Origin: Ranitomeya imitator
Taxonomy: Eukaryota
DNA: 64,000 nt
Reading direction: 5' to 3'
NCBI RefSeq assembly: GCF_032444005.1
Contig: NC_091284.1
Coordinates: 608,592,001-608,656,000, forward strand
The notes under the pieces: model-generated
The model's database searches: none
What the model was told of the DNA's origin: nothing
What the model saw: the letters and a program-made list of their open reading frames with translations, nothing else
In this document: one piece after another, positions 24,210 through 36,950 of the stretch
How the letters are laid out: every line of letters begins with the position of its first letter
How positions within the stretch are numbered: position 1 is the first letter of the stretch
Made by a program: the position numbers and the translations under genes

Positions 24210-25292
24210 AGGGAATTTGTCAGCAGGTTTTTGCTATGTAATCTGAAGACATTAGGGGATAGAGGCTGAAACACAAATTCAGGGATGTGTCACATTGCTG
24301 CTGTTTACTAACTGTGAAGGATTTATCACTAAGAGATTAACATTGCCCCTCCTGTGATAAGCAGCTCACTGTCTATGAAATGGTGGGAGTAGAGTTAGCT
24401 TTCTGAGCTTAGTTTTACTCTAAGTGTGCCGTCACACCAAGCGACGCTGCAGCGATACTGACAACGATGTCGATCGCTGCAGCGTCGCTGTTTGGTCGCT
24501 GGAGAGCTGTCACACAGACAGCTCTCCAGCGACCAACGATCCCGAGGTCCCCGGTAACCAGGGTAAACATCGGGTTACTAAGCGCAGGGCCGCGCTTAGT
24601 AACCCGATGTTTACCCTGGTTACCAGCGTAAACGTTAAAAAAAAAAAACACTACATACTTACCTTCAGCTGTCTGTCCTCCGGCGCTCTGCTTTCCTCTG
24701 CACTGTCAGCGCCGGTCAGCCGTAAAGCAGAGCAGTGACGTCACCACTCTGCTTTCCGGCTGGCCGGCGCTGATACAGGATGCAGGAGGAGTGCAGAGAA
24801 GCAGAGCGCCGGGGACAGACAGCTGAAGGTAAGTATGTAGTGTTTGTTTTTTTAACGTTTTCGCTGGTAACCAGGGTAAACATCGGGTTACTAAGCGCGG
24901 CCCTGCGCTTAGTAACCCGATGTTTACCCTGGTTACCAGTGAAGACATCGCTGGATCGGCGTCACACACGCCGATCCAGCGATGTCAGCGGGAGATCCAG
25001 CGATGAAAGAAAGTTTCAGACGATCTGCTACGACGTACGATTCTCAGCAGGGTCCCTGATCGCAGTAGCGTGTCAGACACAGCGAGATCGTAACGATATC
25101 GCTGGAACGTCACGGATCGTGCCGTCCTAGCGATCAAAGTGCCACTGTGTGACGGTACCCTAATCTAAAAGCTCTGAATGTGTCAGAATGGCTGCCCCCA
25201 GTAAACTAAGTGATACATTGTTAGATTCAGCTACTTTATCTACATTGCGCTGCATTTAGATGAGGTAGCAAAAACTTTCTAACAGATTCCCT
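24210..25292. mobile_element. TTAA-target MITE (Kolobok/T2-like, AGGGAA...TTCCCT ends)
   Basis: TTAA on both sides; hosts a family A MITE. Confidence 0.7.
24424..25160. mobile_element. Harbinger MITE family A, nested in a TTAA element
   Basis: TIRs gtgtgccgtcacac / gtgtgacggtaccc, TAA on both sides. Confidence 0.88.
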
Positions 25293-26077
25293 TTAAAGTG
25301 GATCTGTCAGCGGGATTGTGCACAGTAACCTACAGACCTTGTCAGGTTGGCGCTGTTCTACTGATTACAATGATACCTTGGTTGATAAAATCCATCTTGT
25401 GGTTGTTGTTTAATCTTGATTTGTAGTTTTCAGTTAATGATTTGCTCTTGCGGTGGGGCTGTGGGGGTCTTCATGTGGTGCTCTGCTTACATATTCATCT
25501 GTATGGCTTATTACAGGTCACTGATCCCTCACTAACCTGCCCCCTATTTTACATACTGCATAGTTATGGTTTGAAAAACCCAAAAAATTCACATTCATCA
25601 TGCAGGGGGCCGCGCCTGCGCTGTAGCATAATGTGGATAATATGGCTGTTTTCATGTTATTTGAAAATATAGTTTTGTTGTTTAAAAAAAAAAAAAAAAA
25701 AAGTCTTAATCCAAATGGCGCAGGTTGTTGCACCTGCACAGTATCGGCTATCGAGTTCCTAATGATGCTACTGGCGCCATCTCGATGTAGCCTAATTTTT
25801 TTTTTCTCTAGCATTGCGATTAAGGATTTTTTTTTTAAAACAAAACTATATTTCTGTATAACTTGAAAACAGCCATATTATGCATATCTTGCTACGGTGC
25901 CTGCCTGATGAATGTAATAATTTATTTATTTATTTTTTGTTAAACAATTATTCTATGCAGTACAGCCAATGGACAGCGAGTGCCGACACGAGAGGAGAGT
26001 ATAGGCTTTATTATTTTATCGGGGGCTGAACATTTAGTTTAAGAAGGGGTTGTCCTAGTAGTGGACTGCCGGTTTAA

Positions 26078-26712
26078 AGGGAACATGTCACCTGTTTTGG
26101 CAGATACGAGTTACGGCCATCACCTTTCAGGGACAATATACAACATTCTATAATGCTGTATATCTGCCCCCAACCCGACCTGTAAGAGAAGAAAGATAAC
26201 TTTTATTATATTCGCCTGTGGGGCGGTCCGATGGGCGTCCTTGGTTTTGGTCTGGCGCCTCCCATCTTCTTCTTATGGCCGTCCTCCTGCTTGCTTCATG
26301 TGGATAACACGTCCCTACGTCAGACACACATCTCCTCGGCATCACGCCCCTGCGCAGGCGTACTTATCTGCCCTGATGAGGGCAGAGCAAAGTACTGCAG
26401 TGTGCAAGCACTGGGAAAAGTCAAGAGCCTAGTCAGGGCAGATAAGTACGCCTGCCAGGAGCGCGATGCCGAGGAGCCTGTGTGGATGATGCTGGGTGGC
26501 GTCATCCACACGAACCAAGAAGATGGTAGGACCGGGAAGAGCGACACCCCTCCGACCGGACCGCCCCGCAGGTGAGTATAATAAATAAACATTCTTCTCT
26601 TACAGGTCGGGGTGGGGGCTTATATACAGCATTATAAAATGCTGTACATCAGCCCTGAAAGGCGGTGGCCGTAACTCATACTGTATCTGCCAATACTGGT
26701 GACAGGTTGCCT
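26078..26712. mobile_element. TTAA-target MITE (Kolobok/T2-like); a left-truncated relative lies at ~11830-12796
   Basis: agggaacatgtcacc...ggtgacaggttgcct, TTAA flanks. Confidence 0.75.
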
Positions 26713-27893
26713 TTAAGTTATATTTTATATTACTCCAGTTGGAATTGACAGAATTAATAATTGGAGACAATTCAATATTGGTAAACCATTAAATACTATC
26801 AAAAAATGATAGTACAACAAAACTACAGCCCATCAAATGGAAATCACAGGATCAATAGAAATGTTCATGATATGCGAATAATGAAAAAATGGTGCAACAT
26901 TTTCAAAACATGTGAATTTATTCAGTATAGAGAATGAGCGCCGCATGCATAAATCCCCGTACTTCACCCATTGGCATGTTATCAGTGAGCTTATTAATGG
27001 TTGTCTGAGGAATCCTCCGCCACGCTGCACTTGGGCACACAGAGTCCGGAGACACAGCAGGCCATGATGGCACTGTGAGGCCACGCAGGCTGCTCACCAT
27101 AGTATGAGCCTGGAGAGCGACTCTATGGAGTATGCTTGGTAAGGGCTGCACTGTGACAGCTCAACCGTCACTTTTCTGGTGACTCAATCCATTTTATTTC
27201 ATTTCCCACCTCTATCTTTTGAAGTGCGGCTTCACTCTACATTTTGTTGCATAGTATAAATGGTTCATAATTATAGTAGTAAAATATAATCTGTTCGTAA
27301 TTATAGTAGTATAGTATAAGTGATGTGTAAGTATAAACCTGCTATTGTAAATCGTACTATAGAGTTATCAGCTCATCTTTACCACAGTCAACACCATAAA
27401 AATGAAACTCGAGCTACAATAGAACCGAGATTCCTCCCTTTTTTTTCTACATCTGTATGGCAAATGAAATAGTAATATTCAAAAATAACAACTTTTGCCT
27501 AAAAAAAAAAAAAAAAAAAAAGTGTTAAAATGGCCACGATGGGAAGTGAGGTGGTCAGTTGTACATCTGAGACATAATGAGTTTGGTGTACTTACTACGA
27601 AAATCCATGTCAGAATGTCTGTCTAATGCTTTTTGGAAGCCTAAAGTCACTCTTTGCCCGCCTAGACTGACTGACGACTCCACTGTCCCTTTTTCCTGCT
27701 GCAGTTTAATACCAGTTATACAACCATTTTGTAAGATGGATTTTCAGAGTAAGTACACCAGCCGTGGTCTAACAGAGCTACTGATTAATTTTTTCAGTTT
27801 ATTTTGTGAATCTAGTGGCTGATCCGCCATGCCATATGCATTGTTTGCTTGTTTCTATTACTCCATTTATGGTTTCTATTTTTCTCTTTATAG

Positions 27894-27990
27894 GGTTATT
27901 TGCTTTACAGAGATGTGAGCAACCATAGTTTGACAGCCATTAGGATAAACCCTGAGACATTGGAGCAGGACGGGACAGTCACTGTACCAG
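27894..27990 (+). CDS. MYCBP2: MYCBP2 exon: GYLLYRDVSNHSLTAIRINPETLEQDGTVTVP
   Basis: ttatag/gtaggc, 97 nt, phase 0/1. Confidence 0.92.
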
Positions 27991-28063
27991 GTAGGCACTG
28001 AACAGAGGACATTGGCTATAAGATACTTATAGGACACTTACCCGATACTGGCAGATTATTATT

Positions 28064-28335
28064 ATTTATTATTATAGCGCAATTTATTCCATGGCGCTTT
28101 ACATGTGAGGAGGGGTATACATAATAAAAACAAGTACAATAATCTTAAACAATACAAGTCATAACTGGTACAGGAGGAGTGAGGACCCTGCCCGCGAGGG
28201 CTCAGAATCTACAAGGGATGGGTGAGAATACAGTAGGCGAGGGTAGAGCTGGTCATGCAGTGGTTAGGTCGATCGGTGGTTACTGCAGGTTATAGGCTTG
28301 TCGGAAGAGGTGGGTCTTCAGGCTCTTTTTGAAGA
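28064..28335 (-). mobile_element. L2/CR1-like LINE 3' tail
   Basis: (TTA)n tail + tatagcgc..attccatggcgctttaca + ccctgcccgcgagggctc; minus strand .KKSLKTHL-like. Confidence 0.65.
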
Positions 28336-29056
28336 TTGAGCACCATTTCATTGGCACCGCTCTACTCCCAGTGCGGAGCAACCTTTTCAGTTGACCCTAT
28401 ATCCTACAAGCATGGTTGGCATCAGTGCCCATTGAGATCCTTTAGTATGCACATGTTCATAAGCCTTTCCTTTTGTGCCACTACTGTATGCCAAATGTTT
28501 ATCAATGTTTCAATTGTTCAGTAGCTATAATATACCAGTGTTGGTAAATTCCATTACAGGTGATGTTTTTATGTGCAGTGCATAATATTTGTGTGTAAAA
28601 ATATTTGCCAATTTTTGTTTCTCGCTAGATTCTTTTCATATAAATAGCTAGGCAATAAGCCTATTTGGAGCAATACAGCTGCTGTTACTGAAGCTTTATT
28701 AGTAAGACTGACTTTAGAGAGGAGTGGCACTTTATATTTTTCTATAATCCTCTTATGAAATAGGTAATTTACATTATTGGCTGACGTTGTATGCAGTTAT
28801 AACTGCTGCGTACAGGCTAGATCTGAACCTAGCGGATATCAGAGGGAAAACTACCGTAATTCAATGTGAAAGTATAGCACAAGCTATATGCACTAGCACT
28901 GGGAATTTTGGAGTTCCTCTTGTTGTCTGTTGTATATCTTTAATTGCATTTTGTCTATTAGGAAACTGCATGTGGTCATCGGCCTGTGAACTTCTAAACA
29001 AGAATTACCATGACAGAAGCAATGACATATCCTCTTCTTTCTCTTTCATTGCTTAG

Positions 29057-29130
29057 ATTGTAATGCCGATGGACAGAACATACTCTTTAGTGATGGAGAA
29101 TTTGTCAACCAGATTGCTGCTTCTAAAGAT
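29057..29130 (+). CDS. MYCBP2: MYCBP2 exon: DCNADGQNILFSDGEFVNQIAASKD
   Basis: gcttag/gtgagg, 74 nt, phase 1/0. Confidence 0.92.
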
Positions 29131-29599
29131 GTGAGGATTTATCTTTTATCATTTCTGTATAGAAGACTTTTTTTTATTTTTTAAATAAACATTAGGGTTG
29201 GGTTGGGGGAGGGAGGGTTTGTTCTGGTTTTTACACTCTTGGGTGTCTGATCTGGGTGATGGCGTGGGTGGTGTTTACAGTTCTTGTGTCTAAGGCTTGT
29301 ATTGTGGCGGGTGGTGTAAAGTATTAAGGGCCTCTGGCTTGAGGTCCATTTTTTTTAGTAGGTCTGGTGTGTGGTCTGTATCCATTGTGGAGTCTGCTGA
29401 AGGGTGTCGTATATATTTGTGGCTTGTATGCTGTCTGTTGGGGAAGTGTTCTATTCAACTGGAAGGGACCACAATGCTGTATCTGACACATAATACTAAT
29501 GACAACCCATCGGACCCCATTAACTTACACATGGTTTTTGAACTCAGATGGGCCCAATTTATATTTTACTTGAGAAAAATACTGCCTCTGTCTATTGAG

Positions 29600-30030
29600 A
29601 GGGGGAGGGGGTCAGAAATCAATCAGTATTTGGTGTGACCACCATTTGCTTTACGAAGTGCAACACATCTCCTTTGCATAGATGTGATCGGGTTGTTGAT
29701 TGTGGCCTGTGTAATATTGCTCCTCTCCTCTTCAATGGCTGTGCGAAGTTGCTGGATATCTCCAGTGACTTGAACACGCTGTCGTATGTGTCGATCCAGA
29801 ACATCCCAAACATGCTCAATGGCTGACCTATCTGGTGAGTCTGTTGGCCATGCAAGAACTTCACACAGCCATTGAAGAGGCGTGGACCAACATTCCACAG
29901 GCCACAGTCGGCAACCTGATGCAAAGGTGGTGTGTTGCACTTGTGTCAAATCCTGAATGGTTTTCTGGCCTCAATCTTCTGTGGACCCCTTTCCTATACT
30001 GTAAAACTGCACATTTTAGAGTGGCCTTTT
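29600..30030. mobile_element. Internally deleted Tc1-like element with transposase C-terminus in both orientations
   Basis: Minus: QQLRTAIEEE...NGGHTKY*; plus: TAIEEAWTNIPQAT. Confidence 0.6.
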
Positions 30031-30684
30031 ATTGGGCCAGCCAAAAGCACACGTCAGACTGGGGTGTCTGGGGCCCACAGAAGGAATTGACCCTAGGGGC
30101 CCATCCTACAGCTAAATGCAAATACTTGTTAGCCAAGTAGCATCAACTGTAAAACGCAAGCGGTTCCTGCACATCTGTGCGCCACCATAATTGGGATGTA
30201 CAATTGCAGTAGTTTGCATTAAAGGGCTTCTTTGGTTCAAACCCATCGATCCATGGGCTCCACAGGATAACTTATTGATTGTTTGCGTCCAACCATTGGA
30301 AACTTCACCGATCTGAAGAACGGGGAACTTTTATCCCTGACAGGACACTTTTATCCCCATTTTAAAATGGGGTGTCAGGTGGGATGTCTGACCGCAGCTC
30401 CACAGCTCCATTAATTCTGTTTGGGGTTTCCAAAAAATAAACAAGTGCAGCGCTTGCAGTCGCTGAAAGAATGAATGGATCAAGGGTCAAGTTTCACATG
30501 TCGCTCCAGTCTAATGGGGATTATCAAATATCGCAGCCGGGGAGGGGGGGTGGTTTGTCGTATCTCAGCCCAACAGCTCTCTGCTGCTTCCTATCATCTG
30601 CACAATAATCCACTAATATGCCGGTAATCGAGAAACTAAAAGTGAGCATATGGTTATATACGCCTTCGATTCCAACAGATGTAA

Positions 30685-32010
30685 TTATTATTATTATACA
30701 TTTTTATAGCGCCATTATTCCATGGGGCTTTACATTTGAAAAGGGGGCAAATATAGACAAATACAATAAACATGAGCAAAAAACAAGGCACTAACAGGTA
30801 CAGAAGAAGGGAGGACCCTGCCCGCGAGGGCTCACAGTCTGCAGGGGATCGGTGAGGATACACTAGGGGAGGGTAGAGCTGGTCGTGCGGCGGTTCAGTA
30901 GGTTGAGGATCGCTGTAGGCTTGTCACAAAGAGGTGAGTCTTCAGGTTCTTTTTGAAGGTTTCTAAAGGTAGGCGAGAGTCTGATATGTTGAGGTAGAGA
31001 GTTCCAGAGTATGGAGGAAGCACGGGAGAAGTCTTGGATGCGGTTGTGGGAAGAAGAGATAAGAGGGGAGTAGAGAAGGAGATCTTGTGAGGATCGGAGG
31101 TTAAGTGTAGGTAAGTACTGGGAGACGAGGTCACAGATTGTATGGAGGAGACTGGTTGTGGATGGCTTTATATGTCATAGTAAAGGTACCGTCACACTAA
31201 ACGATATCGCTAGCGATCTGTGACGTTGCAGCGTCCTGGATAGCGATATCGTTCAGTTTGACACACAGCAGCGATCAGAATCCTGCTGTGATGTCGTTGG
31301 TCGCTGCAGAAAGTCCAGCACTTTATTTCGTCGCTGGACTTCCTGCTGACATCGCTGAATCGGCGTGTGTGACGCCGATTCAGCGATGTCTTCGCTGGTA
31401 ACCAGGGTAAACGCAGGGCCGCGCTTAGTAACCCGATGTTTACCCTGGTTACCATCCTAAAAGTAAAAAAAACAAACGCTTCATACTTACCTTCCGCTGT
31501 CTGTCCTCCGGCGCTGTGCTTTCCTGCACTCACTGTGAGCGCCGGTCAGCCGGAAAGCAGAGCAGTGACGTCACCGCTCTGCTTTCCGGCCGCTGTGCTC
31601 ACAGCCAGTACAGAGAAGCAGAGCGCCGAGGACAGACAGCTGAAGGTAAGTATGAAGCGTTTGTTTTTTTTACTTTTAGGATGGTAACCAGGGTAATCAT
31701 CGGGTTACTAAGCGCGGCCCTGCGCTTAGTAACCCGATGTTTACCCTGGTTACCGGCATCGTTGGTCGCTGGAGAGCTGTCTGTGTGACAGCTCTCCAGC
31801 GACCAAACAGCGACGCTGCAGTGATCCGGATCGTTGTCGGTATCGCTGCAGCGTCGCTTAGTGTGACGGTACCTTAAGGGTTTTGAACTGGAGTCTCTGG
31901 GCGATAGGAAGCCAGTGAAGGGCTTGGCATAGGGGAGAGGCTGGGGAGTAGCGGGGAGACAGGTAGATTAGTCGGGCAGCAGAGTGTAGGATGGATTGGA
32001 GTGGTGCCAG
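30685..32010 (-). mobile_element. L2/CR1-like LINE 3' fragment, interrupted by a family A MITE
   Basis: Minus strand LETFKKNLKTHLF C-terminal motif; same tail as 28064. Confidence 0.7.
31184..31874. mobile_element. Harbinger MITE family A, nested in an L2-like LINE fragment
   Basis: TIRs aggtaccgtcacac / gtgtgacggtacct, TAA on both sides. Confidence 0.88.
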
Positions 32011-32338
32011 AGTGCACTGTTTTTCGCTGGTCCGGCAAATCTGCCGTTTCCGGGAAAAACATCCGTAGCAACGTTTTTTGTCTCCGGCTGTTTACTAGAA
32101 TGGGAGCTGGAAGGTGCCAGATCCGGAAAATGATGGATTCCGGCGCCGGATTCCGTTTTTTTAAATGGAACATGCTCCAAATTTTTTTGTTATCCAATTA
32201 TTTGGATATGCTAGTCGGATCCATCAAAAAAAACTGATCCGTTGCATCAGGTTTTCACAATCAGCGACGGATCTGTTTTTTCCAACATTCACTGGATTGT
32301 GCCTGATGCAAAAAACCTGATGCGTGAAAGTAGCCTAA

Positions 32339-32753
32339 GGCCTCTTTCACACTTCCGTCGTTTGGCATCCGTCGCAATCCGTCGTTTTGGGCAAAAAACG
32401 GATCCTGCAAATGTCCTCGCAGGATGCGTTTTTTTGCCCATAGACTTGTATTAGCGATGGATCGCGATAGATGGCCATACGTCGCGTCCATCATGCAACG
32501 GATCCGTCGTGTTTTGGCGGACCGTCGGCACGAAATAAGTTCGTGAACGTTTTTTGTCTGTCGCGTCTGCCATTTTCTACCGCGCATGCGTGACTGAAAC
32601 CCGCCCCGTCCTCCCCGGACTTCAGAATGGGCAGCAGATGTGTCGAAAAACTGCATCCACTGCCCACGTCGTGCAGAAATTTCACAATGTGTGTCGGTAC
32701 GTCGGCCCAACGCATAGTGACGGACCCGTACCGACGCAAGTGTGAAAGTAGCC
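32339..32753. mobile_element. Harbinger MITE family B-related, abutting a truncated relative that ends at 32335
   Basis: ggcctctttcacac...gtgtgaaagtagcc, TAA on both sides. Confidence 0.8.
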
Positions 32754-33832
32754 TAAGAAAGCTCCCGCAGTGGAAAGGCAAGTTCCTTTAATAAGAAACT
32801 AACTTGGCATACTCAGAATAACCCTTTGTTAAAGGGAAAAAAAAAAGAAAAAAAAAAATCAGAAAGTGTTAACCCCTTCCCGACCTGTGACACCGCGTAT
32901 GCGTCATGAAAGTCGGTGCCAATCCGACCTGTGACGCATATGCTGTGTCACAGAAAGATCGCGTCCCTGCAGGCCGGGTGAAAGGGTTAACTCCCATTTC
33001 ACCCGGCCTGCAGGGACAGGGGGAGTGGTAGTTTAGCCCAGGGGGGGTGGCTTCACCCCCCCGTGGCTACGATCACTCTGATTGGCTGTTGAAAGTGAAA
33101 CTGCCAATCAGAGCGATTTGTAATATTTCACCTAAAAAACTGGTGAAATATTACAATCCAGCCATGGCCGATGCTGCAATATCATCGGCCATGGCTGGAA
33201 ACACTTATGTGCCCCCACCCCACCGATCGCCCCCCCAGCCCCCCGATCTGTGGTCCGCACCCCTCCGTCCTGTGCTCCGCTCCCCCGTCCTCCTGTCCGC
33301 TCCCCCCGTGCTCCAATCACACCCCCCGTGCTCTAGTCAAACCCCCCCGCACTCCGATCCCCCCCGCACAGCGATCCCCCCCGCACAGCGATCCCCCCCC
33401 CGTGCTCCGATCCACCCCCCTGCACAGCGATCCCCCACCCCGTGTTCCGATCCACCCCCCCATGCTCCGATCCACCCCCCCGTGCTCCGACGCCCCCCCC
33501 CCCGTGCCCTGATCCCCCCCCCCCCCTTATACTTACCTGGCCTCCTGGGATCCGTCCGTCTTCTTTCCTGGGCGCCGCCATCTTCCAAAATGGCGGGCGC
33601 ATGTGCAGTGCGCCCGCCGAATCTGCCGGCCGGCAGATTCGTTCCAGAGTGAGTTTTTATCACTGAGATAGATTATATCTCAGTGATCAAAATAAAAAAA
33701 ATAGTAAATGCCCCCCCCCCCCCCTTGTCACCCCCATAGGTAGGGACAATAAAAAAAAAAATATTTTTTTTTCCACTAAGGTTGGGGCAAGGGGTAGGGT
33801 TAGGGCTAGGGTTAGGGCTAGGGTTAGGGTTT

Positions 33833-34176
33833 CGGTATGTGCACACGTATTCTGTTCCTCTGCGGATTTTTCCGCTGCGGATTTGATAAATCCGCAGTGC
33901 TAAACCGCTGTGGATTTATCGCGGATTTACCGCGGTTTTTCTGCGCATTTCGCTGCGGTTTTACAACTGCAGTTTACTATTGGAGCAGTTGTAAAACCGC
34001 TGCGGAATCCGCAGAAAGAAGTGACATGCTGCGGAATGTAAACCGCTGCGTTTCCGTGCAGTTTTTCCGCAGCATGTGTACAGCGATTTTTGTTTCCCAT
34101 AGGTTTACATTGAACTGTAAACTCATGGGAAACTGCTGCGGATCCGCAGCATTTTCCGCAGCGTGTGCACATACCT
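33833..34176. mobile_element. Harbinger MITE family C, copy-specific insertion in the piggyBac-like element
   Basis: ggtatgtgcacacg...cgtgtgcacatacc; absent from the homologous position at ~15920. Confidence 0.8.
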
Positions 34177-34185
34177 TTAGAATTA

Positions 34186-34554
34186 GGCTATGTGCACACG
34201 GTGCGGATTTGGTTGCGGATCCGCAGCGGATTGGCCGTTGCGGATCCGCAGCAGTGTTCCATCAGGTTTACAGTACCATGTAAACCTATGGAAAACCAAA
34301 TCCGCTGTGCCCATGGTGCGGAAAATACCACGCGGAAATGCTACGTTGTATTTTCTGCAGCATGTCAATTCTTTGTGCGGATTCCGCAGCGTTTTACACC
34401 TGTTCCTCAATAGGAATCCACAGGTGAAATCCGCACAAAAAACACTGGAAATCCACGGTAAATCCGCAGGTAAAACGCAGTGCCCTTTACCCGCGGATTT
34501 TTCAAAAATGATGCTGAAAAATCTCACACGAATCCGCAACGTGGGCACATAGCC
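34186..34554. mobile_element. Harbinger MITE family C, within TTAGGG repeats
   Basis: TIRs, TTA TSD; same junctions as 15925-16294. Confidence 0.85.
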
Positions 34555-34670
34555 TTAGGGTTAGGGTTGGAATTAGGGTTGTGATTAGGGTTGTGATTAG
34601 GGTTATGGCTACAGTTGGGATTAGGGTTAGGGGTGTGGGGGATTAGTGTTGGAGTTAGAATTGAGGGGTT
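34555..34670 (+). repeat. Degenerate interstitial (TTAGGG)n array (a second block at ~33786-33830)
   Basis: Repeated ttaggg / ctaggg variants. Confidence 0.88.
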
Positions 34671-36950
34671 ACCACTGTTTAGGCACATCAGGGGTCTCCA
34701 AACGCAACATGGCGCCACCATTGATTCCAGCCAATCTTGTATTCATAAAGTCAAATGGTGCTCCCTCACTTCCGAGCCCCGATGTGTGCCCAAACAGTGG
34801 TTTACCCCCACATATGGGGTACCAGCATACTCAGGACAAACTGCGCAACAATTACTGGGGTCCAATTTCTCCTGTTACCCTTGTGAAAATAAAAAAATGC
34901 TTGCTAAAACATCATTTTTGAGGAAAGAAAAATTATTTTTTATTTTCACGGCTCTGCGTTGTAAACGTCTGTGAAGCACTTGGGGGTTCAAAGTGCTCAC
35001 CACACATCTAGATAAGTTGCTTGGGGGGGTCTAGTTTCTAAAATGGGGTCACTTGTGGGGGGTTTCTACTGTTTAGGCACACCAGGGGCTCTGCAAATGC
35101 AACGTGACGTCCGCAGACCATTCCATCAAAGTCTGCATTTCAAAAGTCACTACTTCCCTTCTGAGCCCCGACGTGTGCCCAAACAGTGGTTTACCCCCAC
35201 ACATGGGGTATCAGCTTACTCAGGAGAAACTGGACAACAACTTTTGGGGTCCAATTTCTCCTGTAACCCTTGGGAAAATAAAAAATTCTGGGCTAAATAA
35301 TTATTTTTGAGGAAAGAAAACGTATTTATTATTTTCACGGCTCTGCATTATAAACTTCTGTGAAGCACTTGGGGGTTCAAAGTGCTCACCACACATCTAG
35401 ATAAGTTGCTTGGGGGGGTCTAGTTTCCAAAATGTGGTCACTTGTGGGGGGTTTCTACTGTTTAGCCACATCAGGGGCTCTGCAAACCCAACGTGACGCC
35501 CGCAGAGCATTCCATCAAAGTCTGCATTTCAAAACGTCACTACTTCACTTCCGAGCCCCGGCATGTGCCCAAACAGTAGTTTACCCCCACATATGGGGTA
35601 TCAGCGTACTCAGGAGAGACTGGACAACAACTTTTGGGGTAAAATTTCTCCTATTACCCTTGGGAAAATAAAAAATTGCAGGCTACAAGATCATTTTTGA
35701 GAAAATAATTTTTTATTTTTATTTTCATGGCTCTGCGTTATAAACTTCTGTGAAGCACTTGGGGGTTCAAAGTCCACACCACACATATAGATTAGTTCTT
35801 TTGGGGGTCTAGTTTCCAAAATGGGGTCATTTGTGGGGGATCTCCAATGTTTAGGCATACAGGGCTCTCCAAACGTGACATGGTGTCCGCTAATGATTGG
35901 AGCTAATTTTCCATTTAAAAAGCCAAATGGCGTGCCTTCCCTTCCGAGCCCTGCCGTGCGCCCAAACAGTGGTGTACCCCCACATATGGGGTATCAGCGT
36001 ACTCAGGACAAACTGGACAAGAACATTTGGGGTCCAATTTCTCCTATTACCCTTGGCAAAATAGGAAATTCCAGGCTAAAAAATCATTTTTGAGGAAAGA
36101 AAAATTATTTTTTATTTTCATGGCTCTGCGTTATAAACTTCTGTGAAGCACCTAGGGGTTTAAAGTGCTCAATATGCATCTAGATAAGTTCCTTGGGGGG
36201 TCTAGTTTCCCAAATGGGGTCACTTGTGGGGGAGCTCCAATGTTTAGGCACACAGGGGCTCTCCAAACGCGACATGGTGTCCGCTAACGATGGAGATAAT
36301 TTTTCATTCAAAAAGTCAAATGGCGCTCCTTCCCTTCCGAGCCTTACCATGTGCCCAAACAGTGGTTTACCCCCACATGTGAGGTATTGGTGTACTCAGG
36401 AGAAATTGCCCAACAAATTTTAGGATCCATTTTATCCTGTTGCCCATGTGAAAATGAAAAAATTGAGGCTAAAAGAATTTTTTTGTGAAAAAAAAGTACT
36501 TTTTCATTTTTACAGATCAATTTGTGAAGCACCTGGGGGTTCAAAGTGCTCACTATGCATCTAGATACGTTCCTTGGGGCGTCTAGTTTCCAAAATGGGG
36601 TCACTTGTGGGGGAGCTCCAATTTTTAGGCACACGGTGGCTCTCCAAACGTGACATGGTGTCCACTAAAGAGTAGAGCCAATTTTTCATTCAAAAAGTCA
36701 AATGGCGCTCCTTCCCTTCCAAGCCCTGCCGTGCGCCCAAACAGTGGTTTACCCCCACATATGAGGTATCGGTGTACTCAGGACAAATTGGACAACAACT
36801 TTCGTTGTTCAGTTTCTCCTTTTACCATTGGGAAAATAAAAAAATTGTTGCTAAAAGATAATTTTTGTGACTAAAAAGTTAAATGTTCATTTTTTCCTTC
36901 CATGTTGCTTCTGCTGCTGTGATGTACCTGAAGGGTTAATAAACTTCTTG
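34660..36950. repeat. ~390-bp tandem satellite, about 6 units
   Basis: Anchor ggggttcaaagtgctc recurs at ~34982, 35371, 35761, 36154 and 36535. Confidence 0.9.

Noticed and set aside
33047-33666. Proline/glycine-rich ORFs
   Set aside because: They are translations of a C-run tandem repeat inside the piggyBac-like element.
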